A DNA stretch of 49,462 nt, the filler included, from Bipalium vagum (Eukaryota): NCBI GenBank assembly GCA_037834085.1. It is 3 parts of 3 records of this genome, joined end to end, with 100 filler letters (N's around TTAATTAATTAA, not from the genome) between each part and the next. Parts side by side here need not be neighbours in the genome. Positions count along the whole stretch, not along the records: positions 1 to 17,392 come from JBBMKC010068567.1; 2 more parts are not named here. One strand, 5' to 3'. Under the pieces are notes generated by a model. It was not told the DNA's origin, did not search any database, and saw only the letters and a program-made list of their open reading frames with translations. Shown here one piece after another: positions 1 to 11,315 of this stretch (the stretch's first letter is position 1; each line of letters opens with the position of its first letter). The position numbers were made by a program, and so were the translations under genes.

Positions 1-73
<73 letters not shown>
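1..73. repeat. (TAT)n microsatellite
   Basis: Perfect trinucleotide run at the window start. Confidence 0.97.
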
Positions 74-206
74 GGGTGATGAAAGAGAAAAAATATATTA
101 AATCTTTTATTTATCAGCATCACACTTTCTTCATGTTTTATCAGTTTTGAAATTGAATTTTTTGGGATAATTATCGATAAAACTAAGATAAATGGATTCG
201 ACTCAC

Positions 207-3200
207 TTCTGTTGGATTTGGTTCATTTTTGTTTGGTTTATTGAAATAATTCTTGGAAATGCTAATGTCAAAATCCCAATCATCGGAAAATTCCATGGGG
301 CCCCATTTTCGACGATCTGATTTTTCAAGAATAGGATCCTGAAAAAGGATCTGATCCAAAACTCAAAACTAAAATCAGTACTGTTTTAGGTTTATTTGGT
401 ATTACTGCCATCATATTGGTAATGGGAGGAATTTCTGTGGTCACAGCCGGCGTGTTTTGAACATTCATCAAAGGCCGTTTCATTGGGGCTGGTAAAGTCT
501 TTTGACTGTTAGCTCTGAAATAATCGTAACGCAGTGCATCTTTAGAAGTCGGTCGGTTTTTGGGATTCCATGAGATCATGTCTAACATCAGTTTTATGGC
601 ATCTTTGCTTCCAGATGGAATTAGGACACTTAAGTCTGTGGCCGTAACAAAAGGAAATTTGAAATTCATACTCCCTGCTAACTTATGACCTTCTGGCCAA
701 TCATTCTAAAAAGTATTCAAAAATAATAATTAAAACATTTATTAATTTTAAGTCGAAAATTCGGAATATTGATTATTTTATTAAAAATAAACAAAGCCGA
801 AGTATAATATTTATAGATATTCTTAATTATAATCATCAAAATCAACAAAGATAACATTAAAAATAACATCAATATTAATAATATTAGCATTTCTAATAAT
901 ATCAATAGTTATATTGGGTTGTTTAGAAAGTTTTGCACCTTTTTGTACACTCATTCAGGTAAAATAAAAACCATTAGCGTTTACACAATTTTGCCAAGGA
1001 ATTGGTAGATTTTCCATTCCTAAGCGATAGAATTCGGTAGACCTGGAGGCAATGAAGTGTTCAAATTCTATTTTCAGCACGTCTTCGTTCTGATATCTTT
1101 TTCCATTCAAATAATTTTGTAAATGTTCGAATAAATTGAAACCAGTTTACGCGAGATCGAGTGAATATGGTGGATGAATCAGAATTTCATAATTCAGGCT
1201 TTTCGGCTTATCCATGATTTGCTTTGCTATGTGCGGACTGCATTAGCATGCCAAAAGAAATGGACCTTTTCTACTGATAAATGCTGGGTACATTTTTATT
1301 TTTCTTTGATAATATATTTTTCTAGGCAATATTTCTCGACTGTTTTCATTTCTCCATTTTCCAGGTAATCGTAATGAATTACTCCTTTTGAACACCACCA
1401 TACCGTAAATATTATCCCTTTTTGGCATAGACTCGGTTTCGGGAAGGACTTGAACATTCACATACGTCTAACCACTGTACTGAACGTTTAATATTGTTAT
1501 ATAGTAATCATTTTTCAACGCAAGAAATCAGATGATAAAGAAATCACTCGTTTTATAACTCAACAGTGAGTCCTGAGCATATCTCTTAGTCATTCATTTT
1601 GTTTTTTTTTATGGTTAGCTCATATGGCACCCACATGTCCATCTTCTTTGTCTTACCTATTTGCTTATGAATTATTATAGTCGGTTTCAATACTGGCATC
1701 TAGACTTTTGTGACGTTTTCTTATTGTTGTTCGGGTATCCTCTTTCACTAAAGCTTTAAATTCTAGTCATCAAATTTGAATTGACGACAAATTTGTTCAG
1801 CATCTTTAAGTGTTAAATCTTCATTAAGGAACTTCTGTTACCAACGTCGTTCGGCTAACGGATTTAAAGTACCATGGCCAAAAACTTCACAAACTTTTCG
1901 AGCAGTTTCAGCTGCTTTTTTACCGATTCGAAACTCATAAAAATAAATTTGGCGCAAATCGTGACACGACATCCTACATTAAAATGGGAAAAAAGGTAGT
2001 CAAACCTTAATTTAAAAGCAAAACACATTAATATTCAAAAGAGAGCAACATGTAGGCTTTTAAATTTATTGTAATATAAAATAATCTTTAAAGAAGTGTT
2101 TTGAATTATTTACAATGTTAATTTATAAAACTAAAAACTTTATAAACAAAAACGTGAAAAACTTTCTGAATAATCTAATAATGATATCACTAATAATAAC
2201 CAGAAAAATATTATCAATATAAATATTATATTATATATATATATCAAAAATACTCGAGAATATTATAAATTGATGAAAATTTATTTTACGTTTTTGTGTG
2301 AAATCAATAAAATATGCTTGAAATTAAACCACTTAAGTCATAATAAAGAAATAATTACTGCATTATACTTATATGTAAGTCGTCCATTTCATACAAAACT
2401 TAAAACATTTGTTACTTAACAAACATTATTTAATCAATAGTATATTTCCTGTTCCTTTGGACGAACTTCTCTATCTCTCTGGTATATCAATACGCAAGAA
2501 CAATGTAAATTGTTTATAATTCTATCTTCAATTAAATAAATTTGAACGAGTAATTTTGTTAATTACATAGTGTAATTGTAAGATGACATTTTTTAATTTT
2601 AAATCATATTTTAAATTATAGTGAAAATTTTTAGTAATATTATAAAATTTCAAATATAATTTAAATTAAAAAGTACAGTAACTATTTAAAAATTAATTAT
2701 ATTTTTTTATTATATTATTTTATATTTTATTTTAAATGTTATCTTTTGATATAACGTATAGTAATGCGAGATTGAATTGACAAGTAAACTTACTAAGTAA
2801 GGAGAAAATATTATTTTAAAAAGATTTATTTTTATTTTTCAACTTAATCTCCGTTTATAAACTCTAACGACGTTCATGCACTTTTTCCAACGATTTTCGA
2901 GATTTATGATACCATTAAAAAAGTAGCTTTTATCATAAGCTTCCAAATACTTATTTGGTTGACTTATAACGTCATTATTTGACAGAAACTTCTTTATTCC
3001 AAGTCATTTTTTGAAATCTAGAAACAAAATGAAATAATGCAGCGACATCCGTTGGATGTTGAAGCGAATTGCACTGCAATTCATTTAATCTTTGTTCTTT
3101 TCACAGAATTAAAAAGTTGTTCATTTCAAAAGCTTTAAACAAAAAAACCTAATGAATGAATAATAAAAAGTTTTTTTATTATTAAATTGGTTGATTGTAC

Positions 3201-6200
3201 TTCTCAATCTTTTTTGTGAAGATAGGTTACTTATCAATCCACTCTCGTATATCATATTATTATAATACAAGATTAAATAATTTTTGAATAATAAATAATA
3301 ATATATAATTAACATGATTTAATAATTAAGAATAATTTGAATATTCTGATTTCTGACAGAAATAAATATATAATAGCCTTATGGACTAGAAAAATCCCAC
3401 TGATGTTATTATAGAGATAAGATTTTAAGTATTTCAATAATTTTATTTAAATAATACACATAAAAGTCAAGATGAATCTTCACAGAAATGTTAATGACGT
3501 AAATTAAAAGAATTTAGAAATATTTTAAGTAAAAATTAAATTTTCAATAATTTCTTAATATTATTTAAATATTTAAAATTGATTATCACAGTGAGTTTGG
3601 AAGTCCGGTGATCTTAAAAACGATATAATTTGTTAAAATCTTCTCACATTGTACATCTTATAATTTTAAAATTTTTTTACTCAAACCGCTAAATATAACA
3701 AAGTGGCGACTTCAAGTTGACAATTAATATTTTCCCTAAAATAATCGATTTATTTGTATAAATATATGTAATGCAATTTTATCAATTTAAATAATTTAAA
3801 GAAGATTCTTACAGAATTTCCCGAATCCAAAAATGAGAATTCCATTTGAAATATGTCGAATAATTATAAAAATAATCATCCCAAAGACAATAGAATATAA
3901 CATTGTATAGTGACAATGGTGAATGTGAATGTCGTCTATTGTCGCCATCAAAAGATTTTAATTAAAATAACCACTCGATCAATCAAGTCAAAATTGACTT
4001 TAAACAAAGTCGATAGCGGCCCGTCCTCTCTCAATGAAACATTGCCAGGCGATTTGAGCTCTTTCTCCTCACATTAAATCATTAGAGCCATTTAATATAA
4101 AAATTGCGTCTGTTGAAATAAGTTACCTTCAAACACTGCTTAGAAATGTCTTGGTTTATAAAGAGAAATAGATATTATTTAGTGCAATAAATATTCCTGA
4201 GCAGTTTCAATTGTAATCCTACTAAATTAAATCGTACTGGAGAGTACATTAATAAAAATAAGTTATTCGATGAATTTTTTCATAATATTTTCTAAAAATC
4301 GATATTATTATTATTATATTAGATATCATTGACTTTTATAAGAATATCGAAACCCAGTTTTAGTTCATATAGTTTCACACAAAATGCTCCTGGCTAATTA
4401 GTTGAATAAGAAACTACCTTGTTAGGAGTGCCCAAAACACAGCAGATCTTGTAGATCATGTCTATTTCCGAGCTGCCCGGAAACAACGGTCGGAACGTGT
4501 ACAGCTCTGCCATGATACAGCCAACCGCAAAAATATCTATTGGTGAATTATAATTTACTGATCGTAACAATACTTCTGGTGCACGATACCTAAACAAACG
4601 AATTTAATTCAAATTAAACCAACACCGAAACGCCGATAACAAGCAGTGCACATTGAAAAACTAATAAAAAGCACCAGCGAGTAGCAACGTAATCAGTAAA
4701 TGGTGGTGCAGATCTAGTTAGCCGGGCCAAACCAAAATCAGCTAGCTTTATTTGAGTAGCCATATTACATAGAATATTCTCCGGTTTTAGGTCACGATGA
4801 AAGTAGCCTGACAATATAAGTGAAAGTTTATTTGAGTGGTGATAGTGTTTTTGTAATGATGGTGATGATGAAGTAAATAAATTTGTAAGAATAAAAATTA
4901 GTTATTAAGGAAGCTTAACAGCTAATAATAAATTTAATAATGGGCATTTTTTAATTGATTTTGTATTTAATTTTTGATAATTTTCACAAGTGGGAAAAAT
5001 CTTGTTAGGCCTTTAATTTTTAAAACATTATATCCTAATAATTTCACTATTTATTTATTGAAAATTAGACAATTGTTAAATTATAAAAATAATAGAAATT
5101 AATATTACAACAGAATCCAGTTAAAAAATTAAAGTTTCTTAAATGTAAAATTATGACAATTTTATTAATTAAGTAAAATTTTTCGAATATGCTAAATAAA
5201 ATCAATATTTTATATTTGTTAATGATGGGGTTGACATTGATAGGTTATCACTGTTTTCGATATTAATTGAATTCATCAAAAATAAAGCACAATTTTTACT
5301 TATGATTTAAGTATATGTTTATTATATTTTAAATAGATTTAAGTTTTATAATAATTTATTAAAAAATATTAAATTAATATTATATTAATGAAAATAATGT
5401 TAATTTATTATAGTTTGTATTTATTTTTAAAAGGTTTTAACTTATTTAAAATGTTAATTTCAATTTATTATTTTTTATTATGAATATTATTTATCAAAAT
5501 GATGTGTAATATTAACAAGTAATGTTTATTTGTATCTTAATTATCATTGAACTATTTTTAATTTATTATATTTGAATTTATTATATTTTATAATTATAAA
5601 TTTTTTTTATATTTTAAATTTATATTCTATATTGAATTTATTATTCATTTTTTAGTTATCAAGGTAACATAAAAACGAAAATTTTGTTAGTGGTTCTGTT
5701 AATAGCAACGAATTAATTAGGTTAAATTTAACAAAAACTAAATTTTAAAATCAAAATCTTTGAAATCAGATAACGTCCTACACATATAATAGACCATAAA
5801 AATGTTTTTTCAATATAAGTGATATGTAACTTTTCACTAAGATCCTAATCAGCTTTAACGAAGATGTCAAGAGACCTAAGAAAACTAATATCCAAACCTT
5901 ATAGGCTTCATAAAATCATTAAGTGCTTTTAATTATGAATGAAATGCAACACCGATTCCATGCAAGCAATTGAAGGAGGATAATATTTACAAACCATCTT
6001 GTTGACACATAATCTGTATAAGGTGGAAGGGATCGAATTTCCCTAGCCAAACCAAAATCTGCAATTTTTACACATTCCGTTCCATTGCACATAAGGTTTT
6101 CGGGTTTCATGTCACGGTGAAAAAACCCTAAATCAAGCATTTACCTCAACTAACAAATTACTTAAAAAATATATTATAAACACTAAATTCATATTTTAAG

Positions 6201-7247
6201 TAAATTTGAACACAAAAATCATTAAAACTTTCAGTGACTGTAAAAAAATGGGTATAATTCAAAAACGGGATCCAAAATCACAATGAGTTCATATTACCAG
6301 ATGATTAAAGGTTATCATATTTTAAAGATATTGGAAAAAATCGAGAATAAATAAAAGGTTAAAATTATGAACAATTTTTCTTATTTCAGTTTTTAGACCT
6401 TTATAGTAATAGGCTTTAGCAAGTTAATTTTTATTTTGAGAGGACAACGACAATTTACTTTTCAAAAAATAGTTTAAAAATTCAAAAAATGATTTTTATT
6501 TTTATGAAAATTTTATAAAAATTTTTTTAAAAATTAAGTTTATATTATAATAAACACCACTCTTTAACAAAACCAATTCCTTAATATAATTCAGTAATTC
6601 TTATTATAATAATAACTGTATATTTCATTTATATACAATTTTTTAAACAATTTTTGATGTTTTTTGTATATTTCAATTATTAACTTAAAATGTGACTAAA
6701 AAATTATAAGACTATACACCCATATAGTATGAAAATAAACTGAATATTGTAAAGTTTATAAAAACCAATAGTAATCGTACAGTCGTGTGTGAGTTCAATA
6801 TCAATGAAAATATGGTCAGAATGTGAAGAAAAAAGTCATTAATAAAAAAAATAAGAAAAATGTTCATTAATAGGAAGATTAGCAAATTAATAAGATTTGA
6901 ATTCAAAGTTGAATGAATTCACTTTACCAGTGAAAAGGCTAAGAAAATTTCAGTACAGAAATTATCTTAAAGTAAATCTGACAATTGCAAAAAATGTGAC
7001 TAACGACTTCAAGGGAACCAAAAGATTTTGCAATAAAATAACTGACACTAGAGTGGAAAACATTTCAAGAATCTTTTTAATTGTTTTCTAACAAAAATCA
7101 TTGAAATCTATGTTCTAAAAATTTTGAATAAAATTGAAAGATCGATGAGTTTCGATACGCTCTAAAATTCACAACTGACCAAAAAACATTGAAAATAAAG
7201 ATATTATCATTGTTTGAGAAATTACTGAATTAATGATAAATACTATC

Positions 7248-7281
<34 letters not shown>

Positions 7282-8591
7282 TTAGTAATACTCAAATTTT
7301 TCTGAATTTTAATAAAATTGTAAAAAACTATGAATTTCCTTCAAATAGACTCTCTTCATAGAAAAAGCATTTTTACGGTTTTTAGTTTTTATTACCATTT
7401 TTAACGAAACGTCATTTTCATCGATCAGTTTATTTTAAAATCGATTTTTGATAATTTAAATAAATTTATATAATAAATTTAATAATGATGACCTAAGATA
7501 TAAATTAAAAACTGTCACAATGATCAGTAAAGCCCACTTTTCTCTCAGATAAATCACAGCTTAAGAGAGAATGTTTTCTCTGCAAAGATTTAACCTAAGA
7601 CTAATAAAGATGATTTGCTTATGTCACGCTCCACAATTGACCAAATGGACAGGAAAATATATAGGCAGCGATCACTATGTCAGAAATTGTTGAATTTAAA
7701 GGTAAAAAAAATATAATTATTATAATGATAAAATTCTTAATTTTTTTATATAGTTTAAAAAATGAGATATTTTGTTTAGGCATAGTAGATACCCTTTTCA
7801 CTTTTATTTTTATTACAATACTTAAAGAAATTTTTCATTTTTATTGACAAGTATTTTAATATTGATTTTTGATAATTTCAGTCCATTTTAATAATAAATT
7901 TAATAATGATGGAAAAAGAAATACTTAAAACTATCAACAATGTTTAGTAAAAGAACACTATTCCTCTCAGACAAACACCAGGTTAAAAGAGCATTCTCCC
8001 TTTGACTTATTCCATTTAAAATTAGAAATGAAATAAAATTAAACATAAGTTTCTGTTTAAAAGTCAGTAAAAGGATTACCTTCTTTGTGAATGTATGTCA
8101 GTCCCTCTAGAACTTGCCAGATGATATTCCTGATTGACTCTTCGGGAAATGGTTTGTTTCTTTTATTGAGAGAAGGTCAATTTGATAAAATCAAGATATA
8201 CTCACCTGCTCTTAATTAACTCATACAAATTCTGGTTCATATATTCAAAAATCAGATAGAGACAGTCGCGCTCTCGAATAACCTCTTTCAGCCGTATAAT
8301 ATTCGGATGTTTTAATAACCTTAGGGACTGAACAATTTTTGTAAACGTTATTTTGTTTCATCATGCAGAGAAAAAATTGTCAACACTCACTTTAACTTCA
8401 CGAAGATTCAAGCACTCATCCCAGGAAAAAAACTTTTTCTTCATTCTAAAATCAATAATTGGATTTGTTGTTTTTTAAGAATTTATTTACTTCTTTATAG
8501 CAACTTTCTCATTTGTTCCAACTACATTTGCTAAAATAACAGATCCATAAGTTCCATCTCCAAGCTGTTTAATTAAATTATATTTATCCAT
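207..8591 (-). CDS. MAK: MAK/ICK(CILK1)/DYF-5 family (RCK) Ser/Thr kinase, multi-exon, 3' end uncertain
   Basis: Phase-consistent GT-AG exons: 8591-8491 ([24 protein letters not shown]), 8445-8391 ([18 protein letters not shown]), 8327-8206 ([32 protein letters not shown]), 8159-8080, either 6127-5995 or 4807-4675 (HRD..DFG..TDY), 4589-4418 ([16 protein letters not shown]), 705-382 ([18 protein letters not shown]), 338-207 (RRKWG..DDWDFD). The TDY activation motif and [13 protein letters not shown] are typical of the family. MAK versus ICK cannot be separated in an invertebrate. Confidence 0.93.
914..2178 (-). mobile_element. Full-length but defective mariner in a kinase intron
   Basis: Degenerate TIRs (TTGGGTTGTTTAGAAAGTTTT and the reverse complement TTAGATTATTCAGAAAGTTTT) flanked by TA, about 1.27 kb. 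Interrupted transposase: [48 protein letters not shown]. Confidence 0.85.
2835..3110 (-). mobile_element. Mariner transposase 3' remnant
   Basis: Decayed translation ..[41 protein letters not shown] matches the mariner C-terminus. Confidence 0.7.
4675..4807 (-). CDS. Kinase alternative exon 5B (divergent duplicate of the same exon)
   Basis: CAG acceptor, 133 nt, GTGCTT donor, phase 1 to 2. Encodes [45 protein letters not shown]. Confidence 0.88.
5995..6127 (-). CDS. Kinase alternative exon 5A (canonical MAK-type catalytic/activation-loop exon)
   Basis: TAG acceptor, 133 nt, GTTTGT donor, phase 1 to 2. Encodes [45 protein letters not shown]. Confidence 0.92.
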
Positions 8592-11315
8592 ATAAAAATT
8601 TTCTAATTATGAAAAATCAAATATTTTCTGATTTTTGGTCTTTGTTGTTGCTAGCTATAGTTACTAAATGTTAATGCGATAAAACAAAACTATTTAGAAA
8701 ATTAATTTATGTTTCGTAAATTGAATGGTGTAATGGAAGATATTTTTTTGAAAATTAATATTTTCTATTTAAATTAGTGTTATAGTAACTTGATTTTAAG
8801 ATTTTCTCTTTAAAAATCAAAACTCTGGGTGTTTGTTAACTTTAAACATATATTTCATGTGATCACCTCTTGACTACAGTTCAATGTTTGGGTAGTTATA
8901 AAATTTGCATGTTTGATGTTTTAATTTAATCCTTTTGAAATTATTTTTTACAATTAAGAAAACAGTTTAAACTTTGATTTAATTCTAATTACAGATTATG
9001 GTTTTAATGTATTTTTTCTTGGGTTTTCTTTGTCCGAATTGCTAACATGCTTTTATTTATCTCATATGATTAATTAACTCAATCATAATTAAAACCCTAT
9101 TTAACTGAATGTAAAATTTTTAGATTCATTTAGTTCTGATAGCATTACAATATAAAGATAGAAACTTAAAGTTAATTTAAAAATTGAATTGAGGAAAAGG
9201 GGTATATTTAATTATATGATATGCGCAATCACTGACAACATTAAGTAAATGGTAAATTAGAAAATATGTTAATCAACCATTATTAATCATTTTTACTGAG
9301 TTTCACTGGCATTTTGTTCATACTCAGATCTTCTCATGATGACATTTTCATTTGACGAAATAACCGATTCTTCATCCTGTCATTATTACTATTAAATTAT
9401 TAAATTCAGTCATTCTTCAGATTTTATTAAGCACCTGATTTTTTTCTAAAATTCTATACATTAAAAAATCATTTTAATATTCCAAAAGTCAGATAAAAAT
9501 GCTTCTATATACCGATATTGTTTGCGTCAGTAAACTTTAAGTAGCGTATATTTTGAAAATTTCGTTTCCCATAAATCCTATCCTTAAATACCCAGATCTT
9601 AATTTTTCACCTTTAACAATTTAATTTGTTTTTATCCCCTTATTATCTTAATTTGTGTTACCAATCTTTATATAGGGAATAGTCAATATTTTCATTTGGC
9701 AAATCAATTGACAATCGTGAAACTATAGAAAATTGAAATTTCAAATATTTTTATTGAATTTTTTGAGGTGTGAGTCCATTAAAATATCTCACTTGATTCA
9801 GTACAGGGGAAAATTCAATTTTCTGTTATTGATATTTTTAAAATTTTATTATCAATATAGGATAATGTGTGATGAAGAAATAGATTGGTGTTTTAACGTG
9901 CTTGCTATATTGTAATAATTAATTAATTATAGCAAAATATATTTATTATAATAAAAAGTTTAATGATTTTAAATAGTGATCTTATGAAAAAATAAAAAAA
10001 ACCATAGTTACTTTTACTATAATTAAATAAAGAAAATCTTTGTGATACAAATCAAGTTTATAAATAAAAACTTAACAGTGTATGAATTCTACAAAAATTA
10101 AGAAAATTATAGTTTAAATTTAATAATTAATTTTTAAAATTGAGTCTTCAGCTAAAGTTTTTAATTTTTCTATTGTATAATAAAAAAATTAAAATTCCTT
10201 TTTTAGACTATCGAAACTTAGGAACTATTATTACAAAAAATAGTTTATCTCTGAAAAATCAATTAATTAACAATTAGTTAAATAAAAATATCTTATTAAT
10301 TAAAAAATCGAAAAAATTGAAAATTAAAAGTTCATTTTTCGCATTTTTTTTATTTCTCTTGTTACATAAAAAAATAAATAATCCACGTTGGAAATTCACT
10401 TAATTTCAATTTTCAAAGTTAGCAATGAAAAAAAATAGATTTTTTATAATAATTAAAGTCTTGATTTGAATTGCAATTAATAATTAAGAAAAATGTAGAG
10501 AGGAACTCAATTATAGAATGCAATTTTACAATTATTACCGACAAAGATCAAATTTTTCATTTTAAAGAAAATATTGGTTTGTTCAGGTAATAAATAAAGA
10601 GATCTCGATGGGGATTTTTTGTATTAAGCAATTACGGATTGAAAAAGAATATATTAAGAATTAATTAGCTAAATTATTTGAGTCTTATTATTAGTTAAAT
10701 CTTAAACGTTAATTTATGTCTTAAACAATATTCCCCAGAAAATAATCAATATTCAAAATAGTAAAAATCATTATTATTATTTTATAATATAAATTTCACC
10801 GATTTCTAAAAGATTTTTAAAATATATTTTAATATTTTATCAAACTATTATTCAACAAGAATTATTTTAAAAGTCGTGGTTAAGTAATCCTCTGTCTCAC
10901 ATTTTCTTTGGTTGTAATGTTGTTGATTTTTCAATCAATATTTTGTTTTAATTTATTGATAGTTACCGTTATAAACAATACAGCTTCATGTAAATAACAT
11001 TTTGACATTCACAATCAGTCCTTGGCTGATAAATAATTGAATATAATCTTAGAATTGAAAATTAACCGTTAATGACCCTTTTTTTTTAAAAAAGTACTTA
11101 TAAAAAGTAATAAATCGATACTAATCCAAAATTGATCGTTACCATTTAAAAAAACTAAAACAACTAAGACAAGAAAAATCTTATTCAACGAAATATACAA
11201 CTCAATTTGTACAGACATCTAAAAACGAGCTGGGCACATTCGCAACAACTCACGAAAGGCAGAAGTTTAACGAACTAATGAATCGAAAAAGGCAACCCAA
11301 AGATTGTTTCATAAT

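Noticed and set aside
3905-3950. Hairpin GTGACAATGG..CTATTGTCGC in a kinase intron as a miRNA or other ncRNA
   Set aside because: The stem is only ~10 bp and relies on G-U pairs, too short for a pre-miRNA, with no other support.
4675-6127. Two tandem kinase genes or a haplotype duplication as the explanation of the twin exons
   Set aside because: Flanking exons are single-copy, and the twins differ at 15 residues and 18 synonymous codons, far beyond allelic divergence.
6130-6160. AG-TTGAG-GTAAAT just upstream of the exon 5A acceptor as a 5-nt microexon
   Set aside because: The following intron would be only 17 nt and the frame would break. At most it is a decoy donor.
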